This document shows, piece by piece, positions 39,636-48,964 of a stretch of 64,000 nucleotides of DNA (position 1 is its first letter; each line of letters opens with the position of its first letter). The DNA comes from Acidimicrobiia bacterium (GTDB taxonomy: Bacteria > Actinomycetota > Acidimicrobiia > Spongiisociales > ZC4RG35), in contig JANQOU010000008.1 of the NCBI GenBank assembly GCA_028285585.1, positions 200,760 to 264,759 on the forward strand. Reading direction: 5' to 3'. A program made the position numbers and the translations under genes. A model generated the notes under the pieces. That model worked only from the letters and a program-made list of their open reading frames with translations, did not search any database and was not told the DNA's origin.

Positions 39636-40381
39636 CAGAGAACTACATCCAGCCCGAGATGGACACCACCCTCCAAGTCACCAATGCGGCGTATCGCGAG
39701 CAGAGCCCCAGAGGCGAATGACTCGTAGCTCGTCGACATGTGCTCGATCGAGAGGATCTCACCGCTGTTGGACAAGGCGATCTCCTGATGTGAGATGAGA
39801 CCGGGGAGACGCAGCGAGTGGACTCTGACCCCTTCGACATCTCCGCCGCGAGAGCCAGGGACCAGTTCCTCGGAGCCGTCAGCCGACCCACCACCCGACT
39901 CGGCGATGCCCATGGCGGATGCCAGAGCCGTGCCCGACGGGGCATCGGGCTTGGTGGAGTGATGCCGCTCGATCACTTCAACCGCTTCGAAGTGCCGGGC
40001 CGCCTCGGCGCCAAACCTCATCATCAGGACAGCCCCGATCGAGAAGTTGGGCACAACCAGGCATGGACTGCCGGTCCCCCAGATGTCGCGCAGCTGATCG
40101 AGACGCTCCGGAGTGAATCCCGACGTGCCGACAACACCGGCCAGGCCCATCTCACTCCATGCCCCGAGGTTGTCGAACACCACGTCGGGGTGGGCGGTCT
40201 CAACGACGACATCAGCGCTGAAGCCAGCTGGGTCATCCGTGATAGTCACCCCACCCATCTGCTGACCGGATCGATTCGGGTTGTAGAGCCCGGACAACTC
40301 CAAGTCGTCACTGGCGACAATGGTGTCGATTATCGGCCCGGCGAGCTTGCCGCCCGCGCCGGAGACGGCGACCCGAGTCAC
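39635..40381 (-). CDS. dapB: 4-hydroxy-tetrahydrodipicolinate reductase
   Basis: N-terminal Rossmann motif …VAVSGAGGKLAG… and the DapB motif …ERHHSTKPDAPSGTAL…. Confidence 0.85.
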   Translation of the reverse strand: MTRVAVSGAGGKLAGPIIDTIVASDDLELSGLYNPNRSGQQMGGVTITDDPAGFSADVVVETAHPDVVFDNLGAWSEMGLAGVVGTSGFTPERLDQLRDIWGTGSPCLVVPNFSIGAVLMMRFGAEAARHFEAVEVIERHHSTKPDAPSGTALASAMGIAESGGGSADGSEELVPGSRGGDVEGVRVHSLRLPGLISHQEIALSNSGEILSIEHMSTSYESFASGALLAIRRIGDLEGGVHLGLDVVL

Positions 40382-40385
40382 CGTG

Positions 40386-40637
40386 TCAGTGTGCCGAGTC
40401 CATGGTCATCGCCATGCCGGCGAAACCGCCACCGAACCCTCCTAGGAGGATTCCGGGCAGCAGGGATGTGGCGAAGGAGTCACCCAGGTCGAGGTCGGTG
40501 ATGACCCAGACGGCAAGAGTGATGCCGACTATGCAGGCCGGGAAGCCGATGGCAGCCCCCCGGAGAATGGCCCTGCCCATCCGGGCGGCCGGGGTGATCT
40601 CAGTGTCGGTCGTGGGCTCGGACATCTCCGACATCAT
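40386..40637 (-). CDS. Small hypothetical membrane protein (83 aa)
   Basis: Two hydrophobic helices. Lies between dapB and the MFS gene. Weak call. Confidence 0.4.
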   Translation of the reverse strand: MMSEMSEPTTDTEITPAARMGRAILRGAAIGFPACIVGITLAVWVITDLDLGDSFATSLLPGILLGGFGGGFAGMAMTMDSAH

Positions 40638-40645
40638 GCCAGATC

Positions 40646-41911
40646 TCAGGCATCCATCGCATCCTGGCGCGGGATGTCATCCGCGGGGAGCTTCATACGC
40701 CGGACGGCAATGATGAATGGGAGCCGAATCGCATACACGGCACCGGCGACGATGTACCCGACACCGAGCGAGTAGGCGTCGGCCACCCGGCCCAACGCCG
40801 GCTGGGAAACCACACCACCGGCGCTTCCCATCAGCGAGGAGAACGAGAGCACCGTCGCTCGTTGCTCCGAGGGGATCACCTCGTTCATGTAGGCCTGCTG
40901 GAGGGGCCCGCTCAGAGCCCACATCATCGCCACCAGGGTCAACAAAACGACGGCCATCCAGAATCCCCAAGGGACGTCGAGCAGCTCGGCCAGGCCCACA
41001 CCCACAACGGCGATGGAACCGAGTGTCACCTCGACTGCGATGACCCCGGTCCGGGATCGCACGTACTTGCGGACGAGGTTCACCGAGGCCCCACCCGCCA
41101 TCTGAGCCAGGGCAAACACCGCGGCCGCTATTCCGGACAGGTAGACGGCGTTGGGGTCACCGAACAGCTCCAACAGGTACGGTTGGAATGCGTAGAAGAC
41201 CCATATTCCGACGCCCATCGAGAAGGGTGCGCCGAGCAGGAACATCCTGATCGACGGGTTGCCGATGCCGTGCTTGATCGAGCCTCTGACGATGGTGGCC
41301 AACTCCTCTCTGATCGACTGCCCTTGTATCGGTGTGTAACCGATGTCGTGCATCTTCAGATAGGCCACGGTGATCACGATGACCAGCATGACGGAGCGCA
41401 TCACATATGGAATCCCCAGGCTCAGCTGGCCGACGAAACCGCCGAGCACGGTCCCGATCAACATGGCGAGGCCGGTAGCCATCTGCCCGCGGCCAAAGAC
41501 GCTCTCGACCGGGCCATCGAACCCCGTTGCATCGAGGGCGTCGATGAGCCAGGCCTCAGTTGCTCCGCTGAAGAACGTGAATCCAAGGCCGATCAGCGCC
41601 GAGACGGCGATCCACCACCCCACCGGTGCCGCTACCGCCCACAAACCGAGGTAGGCGACCGTCGTTATCAGCAGGGTGATCGCACCGAGGATGAACGAGA
41701 TCCGGCGGCCGGAGGCGTCGGCGACCACGCCGGTGGGCACCTCGAACAGAACCATGCCCGCGGTGAAAGCGGCGTTGGCCACAAACGCCTCGGTGAGAGT
41801 GAGTCCGGCGTCGAGCAAGAACAGCGTGTTGACGCCCCAGATGAACGAGGCCGCCAACGTTTGCAGCAGAATCAGCCAGAGATACGTGCGCTGGATTTCC
41901 TGTGGTGTCAT
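40646..41911 (-). CDS. MFS transporter
   Basis: 12 predicted TM helices and an MFS loop motif …VADASGRR… Start at MTPQE (41911) avoids overlap with the divergent agmatinase-family start. Confidence 0.8.
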   Translation of the reverse strand: MTPQEIQRTYLWLILLQTLAASFIWGVNTLFLLDAGLTLTEAFVANAAFTAGMVLFEVPTGVVADASGRRISFILGAITLLITTVAYLGLWAVAAPVGWWIAVSALIGLGFTFFSGATEAWLIDALDATGFDGPVESVFGRGQMATGLAMLIGTVLGGFVGQLSLGIPYVMRSVMLVIVITVAYLKMHDIGYTPIQGQSIREELATIVRGSIKHGIGNPSIRMFLLGAPFSMGVGIWVFYAFQPYLLELFGDPNAVYLSGIAAAVFALAQMAGGASVNLVRKYVRSRTGVIAVEVTLGSIAVVGVGLAELLDVPWGFWMAVVLLTLVAMMWALSGPLQQAYMNEVIPSEQRATVLSFSSLMGSAGGVVSQPALGRVADAYSLGVGYIVAGAVYAIRLPFIIAVRRMKLPADDIPRQDAMDA

Positions 41912-41951
41912 GGGTGCCGTTGGTGTCGGTCCAGTTAGCGTATCGGACCGC

Positions 41952-42959
41952 ATGTTCACCCCCTATGAAGAACGCAAGACGGAGGTGCCCTTCGCCTCCT
42001 CGGAGTACTTCTCCTTCGCGGCGCGAAGCTCCTTCCTGGGCTGCCCCGCCCGGCCCATGAACGACCTCGGCGACGCCGGAGTCGTCATCCTCGGCGCACC
42101 GTTCGACATCGGAACGACCTATCGAGCAGGGGCGCGTTTCGGGCCTGCCGCGATACGAAACGCCGACTACGGAGCAATGGACGGTTACCGGCCGCATCTC
42201 CCCACGGGGATCGACCCCTTCGAAACCCTCGGAGTCGTCGACATCGGAGACGTGATGGTCACCCCAGCGGACATGGAGCGGTCGATCGAGGAGATCGCCG
42301 ACACGGTGGCTCATGTAGCCGAAGCGGGCAAGGTCCCAATAATCCTCGGTGGCGATCACACCATCACCTGGCCCAACGCCATGGGAATCGCCCGGACCCA
42401 CGGCTTCGGCGAGTTCGCATTGATCCACTTCGACGCTCACGCCGACACCGGATTCCTGCAACGCGGCTCCCTGGTGGGGCACGGGACACCCATGAGAAGG
42501 CTCATCGAGTCGGGCGCGGTCCCGGGCCACCGCTTCGTTCAGATAGGTCTCCGTGGCTACTGGCCGGAGCCAGACGTCATGGAGTGGGGTCGGGAGCAGA
42601 AGATGCGGACTTTCTTGATGAGCCAGATCGTCGACGAGGGTCTCGACAAAGTCGTGGACGATGCCGTCGACTACGCCATCGGCGGCGGGGCCAAGGGAGT
42701 GTTCATCTCAGTCGACATCGATGTGGTCGACCCGGGACTCGCCCCGGGAACCGGGACTCCAGAGCCGGGCGGCCTCAACTCGAGGGAGATCCTGGACACC
42801 ATCCGCAGGCTGGCCAAGGACCTGAACGTCCTCGGAGGGGACATCGTGGAGGTGTCACCTCCTTACGACGGGCCGGGCGAGCAGACGGCCTATCTAGCCA
42901 ACCGCGTCGTGTTAGAGATGCTCAACGGGATGGCAGAGCGGAAGACCTCCGCAGGCTGA
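41952..42959 (+). CDS. Agmatinase/arginase-family ureohydrolase
   Basis: Mn-binding motifs …GGDHTIT…, …DAHADT… and …SVDIDVVDP… Start at MFTPYEERK. The upstream 92 aa of the annotated ORF is an antisense shadow of the MFS gene. Confidence 0.85.
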   Translation: MFTPYEERKTEVPFASSEYFSFAARSSFLGCPARPMNDLGDAGVVILGAPFDIGTTYRAGARFGPAAIRNADYGAMDGYRPHLPTGIDPFETLGVVDIGDVMVTPADMERSIEEIADTVAHVAEAGKVPIILGGDHTITWPNAMGIARTHGFGEFALIHFDAHADTGFLQRGSLVGHGTPMRRLIESGAVPGHRFVQIGLRGYWPEPDVMEWGREQKMRTFLMSQIVDEGLDKVVDDAVDYAIGGGAKGVFISVDIDVVDPGLAPGTGTPEPGGLNSREILDTIRRLAKDLNVLGGDIVEVSPPYDGPGEQTAYLANRVVLEMLNGMAERKTSAG

Positions 42960-42963
42960 CAGC

Positions 42964-43995
42964 TCAGAGCTGGAAGGTCTCCCACGGGTGATCTCCGGGC
43001 ACACCCCAGACGGCGCGCATCCTCCGTCTTGCCGGCTCCATGACAACTGCGCCACAGGTGGCGACATCGTGCGGATCGTCGGTGTGCTTGGAGATCCTCG
43101 GGTCTTTGAAGAACACCTCTGGAGATGCCGAGTTCGACCGGCCCAACTCGAGACGCAGCTCCGAGTCGGCTACATGCTCCGGCTCTCGGTATCCATGCTC
43201 GCGTGCCGTCTCGGGGTGGACACAGTGGTTCGAGTGAACAAACGGCTGCTCGACGACCATGGTGACCTCTTTCCGTTCCGGCATGGCCTCGATGTTGGCG
43301 CCACGACCGTCCGGCCCCATCACCATGAAGTTGTGGCCACCGGCCAGATCAGCCTCCATAACCACGTCAACAGCTGATTCGAAGTTGGTCTGCTGAAGGG
43401 CCTTCCTGACGACAAAAGGCCAGGTGACGCCGGGCCTGCCCACGGCGTTGAGATTGTTGATCCCGATCGAGATCCCGGCCTCGTTCATTCCCATCTGCCC
43501 GAGGCACCCGGCGGTGGTCTGCACGAGTGCGCTGGGCCCCATCAACGGGTCGAGTTTGAGCATGATCACGTACTCACCGGCCGACATGTGCATGTCCCAC
43601 GTCTGGGCGTAGAAGCCACCCTCGGGGTTGATCACGGCCGTGCAGTTGTGCTCGTCAGGTGCGCTGCCGACATGCCCTCTGACCACATCCACCACATCGG
43701 TGAAACCTCCGACAACCACAGCTTCCGCTTGGGTGACACCGGCAGCCTCCGCCATCGCCGTCATCTCGGCGAACAGGCTCTCCGAGTACCGCTCGTGATG
43801 AGGAAGGGTGGTCTCAGTCAACTCCAGGATCAGCTCGCGATCGACATCTCCACCACTCCAACGCTCCTGACCGGTGAGCCCGATCCGATCCTCCAGGTAC
43901 TTGCCGATCATGTCAGAGCAGGATTCGCCGTGACCACGGCCCAGATCGGACGAGTCGCCGAACACCTCGAGCAGCCTCAGTTCTCCTCCAAACAC
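42964..43995 (-). CDS. C45-family acyl-CoA:6-APA acyltransferase-like (autoproteolytic N-terminal-nucleophile hydrolase/acyltransferase)
   Basis: Length and the …HNCTA… putative Gly-Cys processing site resemble the isopenicillin-N acyltransferase (peptidase C45) family. Moderate confidence. Confidence 0.55.
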   Translation of the reverse strand: MFGGELRLLEVFGDSSDLGRGHGESCSDMIGKYLEDRIGLTGQERWSGGDVDRELILELTETTLPHHERYSESLFAEMTAMAEAAGVTQAEAVVVGGFTDVVDVVRGHVGSAPDEHNCTAVINPEGGFYAQTWDMHMSAGEYVIMLKLDPLMGPSALVQTTAGCLGQMGMNEAGISIGINNLNAVGRPGVTWPFVVRKALQQTNFESAVDVVMEADLAGGHNFMVMGPDGRGANIEAMPERKEVTMVVEQPFVHSNHCVHPETAREHGYREPEHVADSELRLELGRSNSASPEVFFKDPRISKHTDDPHDVATCGAVVMEPARRRMRAVWGVPGDHPWETFQL

Positions 43996-44025
43996 GACCT
44001 ACACGCTACTCAGCCGGCATTCGAA

Positions 44026-45165
44026 TCATCCCCGGCCGAGTTGGAAGTACTCGGTGTAGGCAGGCTCCACTGGTCCCGTGTAACGGAGACGATCGAGCGA
44101 GTCAGTGAGATCGGCGCTCGGGTACAAGACTTGATTGGCCACCAGGTCGGGAGAGATCAGGCCCTGAGCGGCGGCGTTCGGGCTGGCATGCCGACCCCAG
44201 TTGGCGAGCTCCGCCGCATTCTCGAGATCGAGAATGAAGTTGATGAACGCATGAGCCGTGCACCGGCTCTCGGCGGCAAGAGGAATCGTCATGCTGTCGA
44301 CCCAGAGAGTCCCGCCCTCGGCCGGGAACACAAACGAGACTGCGCTTCGATCGTCCTCGTCGTCGAGGCCTGCCAGGAAGTCGCCACCTCGAATCTGGGC
44401 CACGGCCAGCTCGCCGCTGATCAGCGACTCCATTTGCCCTTCGTCGCGGAACCTGACAGATCGATCGCGCGAGTCGGCGATGAGATCCGCTGCAGCGGCA
44501 AGCTCGCTCTCATCGGTGGTGTTGACCGAATGCCTGAGGTGGCGAAGCGCCCCTGCCATGGTCTCCCGCGCATTGTCGAGGAGGGCGAGACCTCCGGGCG
44601 ACTCGATCGCCGAGTCGAAGAAGACCGACCAGCTGATCGGCGACTCCTGAGAGACCAGAGCGTTGTTGATCGCCAACCCGGTCGTGCCCCACTGGAAGGC
44701 CGCCGAGTGGGCGCTTCCCGAGTCGAAGACGGGTTCCTCGAACGTCGCACCCAGGTTGGCGAAGTTGGGAAGAAGCCGGCGGTCGAGCCTGCTCAGATAT
44801 CCCTCGTCAACGAGACGCTCGACCACATGATCGGTGGCAATCACCACGTCGTACGAAGCTCCTGACTGAAGCTTCGCGTGCAGCGACTCGTTGGAGTCGT
44901 AGAAGTCCTCGATCACACGCACACCGAGCTCCTCCTCGAACCTGTCGAGGAGAGTCGTGGGCATCCGCGACTCCCGGTGATAGATGTGGAGGTTGCCGTC
45001 GGCTTCCCGCGCCTCGCACTCCAACGGGACCGTGGTGTCCACAGGCAAAGTCGCATCCACAGTGCCCGCGCCGCCGTCGGCCGGAGAACAGGCGGCGATG
45101 ACCAACGCTGCCGAAGCGATCAAGACGGCTCGCGAGAAAGCGATGCGCTTCACCAGATCTTCCAC
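44026..45165 (-). CDS. Spermidine/putrescine-type ABC substrate-binding lipoprotein (PotD/PotF-like), orphan
   Basis: Lipobox …VIAACS… and a PotD-like body. No cognate permease or ATPase is adjacent. Confidence 0.7.
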   Translation of the reverse strand: MEDLVKRIAFSRAVLIASAALVIAACSPADGGAGTVDATLPVDTTVPLECEAREADGNLHIYHRESRMPTTLLDRFEEELGVRVIEDFYDSNESLHAKLQSGASYDVVIATDHVVERLVDEGYLSRLDRRLLPNFANLGATFEEPVFDSGSAHSAAFQWGTTGLAINNALVSQESPISWSVFFDSAIESPGGLALLDNARETMAGALRHLRHSVNTTDESELAAAADLIADSRDRSVRFRDEGQMESLISGELAVAQIRGGDFLAGLDDEDDRSAVSFVFPAEGGTLWVDSMTIPLAAESRCTAHAFINFILDLENAAELANWGRHASPNAAAQGLISPDLVANQVLYPSADLTDSLDRLRYTGPVEPAYTEYFQLGRG

Positions 45166-45198
45166 ACTGCCACCTACGGTTTTCTAGCAGCCGCCCGC

Positions 45199-45270
45199 CG
45201 TTGCTATAGCAAGGCGTCGCGCTGAGCGACACGCGTTGCTATAGCAAGGGGTCGCGTCAGGCGACACGCG
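45199..45270. repeat. Two tandem 35-bp direct repeats, each carrying the palindrome TTGCTATAGCAA and GTCGC-N5-GCGAC
   Basis: Seen directly: CGTTGCTATAGCAAGGCGTCGCGCTGAGCGACACG followed by CGTTGCTATAGCAAGGGGTCGCGTCAGGCGACACG. They lie in the divergent region between the PotD-like gene and the aminotransferase gene. Confidence 0.8.
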
Positions 45271-45309
45271 GTGCACGCGCGATGATGCGCGCAGTTAGCC
45301 TCCACCGCC

Positions 45310-46548
45310 ATGACCTCCTTCTGGCACCCGTTTGCGGAGATGAGCAAGGTGAAGACAGCCCCCTTCATCATCGACCGCGGGGAAGACATCTACGTCTACG
45401 ACGAGCAGGGCAATCGCTATCTCGATGCTGCCGCCTCCCTCTGGTACATGAACATCGGATACGGGCGGGATGAAGTGATCGACGCCATGGACCGTCAGAT
45501 GCGGAAGCTGCCGGCCTTTCACGCCTTCGTCGACTACGGCACCAGGCCGCCGATGGATCTAGCGGCGAAGATCGCTTCGGTGTCCCCGGATCCCGACTCG
45601 AAGGTCTTCTTCGGCTCCGGAGGCTCGGACGCCATCGACACCGCAGCCAAGATGGCGCGTCGCTACTTCAACGCCATCGGCCAGCCCGAGCGCACCATCT
45701 TCATCGCCAGGGAGTGGGCTTACCACGGCATGCACAGCTACGGCACCGCCCTCGGCGGCATGGAGCAGAATCGTCTCGGGTATGGAGGCGACCTCGTCTC
45801 CGACGTCGTGATGGTCCCCTACGACGACGCCGAAGCCGTGGAGAAGGCGATCGATCACGCCGGAGCAGACCGGGTCGCCGGCATCTTCGTGGAAGCCGTC
45901 ATCGGTGCCGGCGGGATCCGGCCGGTCAGCGAGGACTACCTGAGGACGGTGCGCCAATCGATCCGAGACGCCGGAGCTCTCTACATCTCGGACGAGGTGA
46001 TCACCGGCTTCGGCCGTGCCGGCGACTGGTTCGCCGCGGGCAGGTTCGGGCTGGAACCAGATCTGATGACCTTTGCCAAAGGTGTCACCTGCGGATACGC
46101 CCCTCTGGGCGGCGTTGTCGCCGCAAGTCACATCGCGGAGCCCTTCTTCTCCCAACCCGGCCTCATGTTCCGCCATGGCTACACGTACTCGGGCCACTCG
46201 ACGGCCTGTGCGGCCGGCATCGTCGTGATGGACATCATCGAACGAGAGGGACTGCTCGAGCGTGCCCGCCAGCTCGAAGGAGAGATGTACGAGGCGCTCC
46301 TCCCTTTGGAGGCCTTGGATGTCGTCGACCATGTGAGACGCGGAGTGGGTGCTCTCACCGCGGTTCAGTTGGAGGTCGGCGAAGACGAGACATTGCCCGG
46401 CCGAGCCGCGGCTGCTTGCAGGAAGGCCGGCGTCCTCACCCGGGCGATGGGCAACGGTGCCTTGCAAGTCTCCCCTCCCCTGACGATGACTCCTGATCAG
46501 GTCAAGGAGATGGCCGGCCTGTTCGACACGGGTCTCCGCAGCCTGTGA
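45310..46548 (+). CDS. Class-III (omega) aminotransferase, PLP-dependent
   Basis: AT-III motifs …FGSGGSDAIDTA…, …DEVITGFGRAG… and …TFAKGVTCGY… (PLP-Lys). Confidence 0.85.
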   Translation: MTSFWHPFAEMSKVKTAPFIIDRGEDIYVYDEQGNRYLDAAASLWYMNIGYGRDEVIDAMDRQMRKLPAFHAFVDYGTRPPMDLAAKIASVSPDPDSKVFFGSGGSDAIDTAAKMARRYFNAIGQPERTIFIAREWAYHGMHSYGTALGGMEQNRLGYGGDLVSDVVMVPYDDAEAVEKAIDHAGADRVAGIFVEAVIGAGGIRPVSEDYLRTVRQSIRDAGALYISDEVITGFGRAGDWFAAGRFGLEPDLMTFAKGVTCGYAPLGGVVAASHIAEPFFSQPGLMFRHGYTYSGHSTACAAGIVVMDIIEREGLLERARQLEGEMYEALLPLEALDVVDHVRRGVGALTAVQLEVGEDETLPGRAAAACRKAGVLTRAMGNGALQVSPPLTMTPDQVKEMAGLFDTGLRSL

Positions 46549-46630
46549 GGTAGAGCTGACGAAACAGTCTGTCGGCGATCCGACACAGAGCTCACACCCG
46601 CCGGCGTTGGACACGACGTAGGCTCGACCT

Positions 46631-47017
46631 GTGACCGAAGCCTGGCGTCATCGCCTGTTCCTCAGTGCCCCATTCGTTGCCATCGGCGCACTGGCGTTGG
46701 TGACGCCGTCTGAAGACGGTCTAACCGTTTGCCCCTTTGCCTTGTGCACGGGCTCGGCTTGCCCGGGTTGCGGGATGACTCGGGCAGCTTCCAGCCTGAT
46801 TCGCGGTGACTTCTCCGGGGCGATGTTCTATCACCCGCTGGTGCTGCTGATCGGGGCCCAGGCATTGGCCGGGTGGATCTGGTACCTGCTGCGCAGAACC
46901 GGCCGCGTAGGGCCGGTGAATCAAACGACGCTGACCGTCATCCTTGCGATCACCGCAGTCGCGTTGGTTGCAGTCTGGGTTGCTCGACTGGTGTCGGGGA
47001 CGCTGCCTCCGGTCTGA
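46631..47017 (+). CDS. DUF2752-family membrane protein
   Basis: CPFALCTGSACPGCGMTRA motif characteristic of DUF2752. Confidence 0.65.
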   Translation: MTEAWRHRLFLSAPFVAIGALALVTPSEDGLTVCPFALCTGSACPGCGMTRAASSLIRGDFSGAMFYHPLVLLIGAQALAGWIWYLLRRTGRVGPVNQTTLTVILAITAVALVAVWVARLVSGTLPPV

Positions 47018-47816
47018 CCAACCTGCCCATCAGCCACATCACCGTGGCCAGTGCGGCTGCCACGGCGCCTACCGCTACCGGCAACACCCACTGCGACCGC
47101 GCCAACAAGGAGACCGCCTCTTCGATCGGTGCTCTGCCCCCACCGGGGTCGAGAATCCAAGAGCCGAGACGAAGCAGTATCCCGAAGCTGAGACCTCCAA
47201 GCGCCAACTTGACCAGCAGACGACGAGCCTCGCCGAAGCGGTCCGTGGAAACGCCCAAAGCCACTGCCCCTGAGACGGCCATCGTCAGCACGGCCAACAA
47301 CGCGGCGGTCCCGAACCGGCTGGCCGCCGGGCTCTCCGGCCCGACGAAGGGTGCGACGCCCGGCTCCCGAATCACCAGTGGGTCAAGGCCCGCCAGCACT
47401 CTGGCCACTTCCCGCTCGGGAATCTGGAACCCAGCAGCCTCGATGGTCGATGCGATGTCCGACACCGCCGGGAGCAGCACCGAGGCCACGTCCACCGAAC
47501 CATCAGTTGGGTGGGAAACGGCTATCACCACTTCGGCGATGAAGCGGTCAATTGCCTCGTCGGCCGCCGTGGTGTCCATCACGTAGCCGACCAAAGACCC
47601 CACCTGCCCGTCGGACAGGCCGTAGTCGACCAGCTCGTCTTCGAGCCAAGACGCGACCAGGCCGGAGACTGCTGGAGCCTCGGCCAAGGGCGCAGCGGCA
47701 TCAGCAAGAGCATCGGTGTCGACGACCACAGCCCGCCCCCAGAGGGAGATGAACAGAGCGGTGGCGGCCAGCCCAAAGACCCAGCCGGCCCCGGACCTGA
47801 TCGAAGTGCGGGTCAT
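46950..47816 (-). CDS. Hypothetical membrane protein
   Basis: Start at MTRTS (47816) gives an ATGA overlap with the mrp stop. Hydrophobic N and C termini. The upstream 86 aa of the annotated ORF is Arg/Cys-rich shadow sequence. Confidence 0.5.
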   Translation of the reverse strand: MTRTSIRSGAGWVFGLAATALFISLWGRAVVVDTDALADAAAPLAEAPAVSGLVASWLEDELVDYGLSDGQVGSLVGYVMDTTAADEAIDRFIAEVVIAVSHPTDGSVDVASVLLPAVSDIASTIEAAGFQIPEREVARVLAGLDPLVIREPGVAPFVGPESPAASRFGTAALLAVLTMAVSGAVALGVSTDRFGEARRLLVKLALGGLSFGILLRLGSWILDPGGGRAPIEEAVSLLARSQWVLPVAVGAVAAALATVMWLMGRLVRPEAASPTPVEQPRLQPTRLR

Positions 47817-48898
47817 TGGTTGATGACGAGTGCCGGGTTGGTGCGAACCCGAGGCCTTTTCTCTATGACAGCAGAGGCAAGGGTGTCGAAGGCATCGGCA
47901 GCCTCCGAGCCGGGAGCCGCCAGCACCACAGGGTGCCCGGAGTCGGCACCTCGGCCCATCGCCGGGAGCAACGGCACTCGAGCCATGAGATCGACGCCCA
48001 GCTCTTGGGCAAGACTCTCGCCGCCCCCAGAGCCAAAGAGCTCGTAGCGCTTGTCGTCGTCGCCGGTGAACCACGACATGTTCTCCACGACCCCAATCAC
48101 CTGCTGGTCGACCTCGGCGGCCATCAACGCCGCTCGCCGGGCGACCCGCTGAGCCGTGGGCTGTGGCGTGGTGACCAAGAGCACCTGAGCCCGAGGAAGA
48201 AACTGCGACATCGAGATGGCAATGTCTCCCGTGCCGGGCGGCATGTCGACGACCAGAAAGTCGAGGTTGTCCCAGAAGACATCCTTGAGGAACTGCTCGA
48301 TGGCCTTGTGAAGCATGGGGCCACGCCAGATGACCGCCTTGTCATCACCGACGAAGTAGTCCATCGACATCACCTTCACCCCGTGGGCGACCGGCGGGAT
48401 GATTGCGTCGGCGACCATGGCCGGGGGCGAGGAGATCCCGAGCATGGCGGGAATCGAGAAGCCCCATATGTCGCCGTCGACGATCCCGACCTTGTTCCCG
48501 GTCCGTTGCAGGGCGACGGACAGATTTGCCGAGACCGAAGACTTGCCCACGCCACCCTTGCCGGAGGAGACGGCGACGACACGAGTGGCAGATCCGGGCT
48601 CGCCGATTGGAGGCCCCATTTCGGACCGCCTATCGGCGATCCAACTCTCCTGGGCGGCGTCATCCATGACCTGGATGTCGATGTCGGCCCCTCGTGCATG
48701 GGGCTCGAGGGCATGTTTGAGCAATTCGTCCAGCTCCGGCGGCACATAGTGAGTTGGAATCACCAACTCGACCTTTGCCTTGCCGGTGACGGTCTTCTCG
48801 ACATTCTTGACAAGTCCGAGATCACCCAGGGTCCGCCCCACTATCAGGGGCGACTCGATGGACGCGACTGCTTCGTAGATGTCGTCTTTGGAGGCCAT
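47813..48898 (-). CDS. Mrp/ApbC-family Fe-S cluster carrier ATPase with an N-terminal DUF59 domain
   Basis: P-loop …VSSGKGGVGKSSVSANL…, the Mrp signature …CxxC-like… and …DMPPGTGD…. Confidence 0.85.
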   Translation of the reverse strand: MASKDDIYEAVASIESPLIVGRTLGDLGLVKNVEKTVTGKAKVELVIPTHYVPPELDELLKHALEPHARGADIDIQVMDDAAQESWIADRRSEMGPPIGEPGSATRVVAVSSGKGGVGKSSVSANLSVALQRTGNKVGIVDGDIWGFSIPAMLGISSPPAMVADAIIPPVAHGVKVMSMDYFVGDDKAVIWRGPMLHKAIEQFLKDVFWDNLDFLVVDMPPGTGDIAISMSQFLPRAQVLLVTTPQPTAQRVARRAALMAAEVDQQVIGVVENMSWFTGDDDKRYELFGSGGGESLAQELGVDLMARVPLLPAMGRGADSGHPVVLAAPGSEAADAFDTLASAVIEKRPRVRTNPALVINQ

Positions 48899-48964
48899 GC
48901 GATCCCTACTGCAAGGTTCTTAGGAGACTTTGAAAACTATAGTTTTGGGCAGGGAGTATCCCGT

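Noticed and set aside
41676-41951. Upstream 92 codons of the agmatinase-family ORF
   Set aside because: They overlap the divergent MFS gene and are Ser/Ala/Thr-rich with no family similarity. Ureohydrolase homology begins at MFTPYEERK (41952).
45559-46614. 351-aa minus-strand ORF
   Set aside because: It lies entirely antisense to the class-III aminotransferase gene. Its composition is Arg/Gly/Asp-rich, typical of high-GC shadow frames, and it has no motifs.
47816-48964. N-terminal ~380 codons of the 616-aa plus-strand ORF
   Set aside because: This part is antisense to the mrp/apbC-like gene with low-complexity Arg/Gly/His-rich sequence. Only the C-terminal 233 codons (48965-49666, HTH regulator) look genuine.
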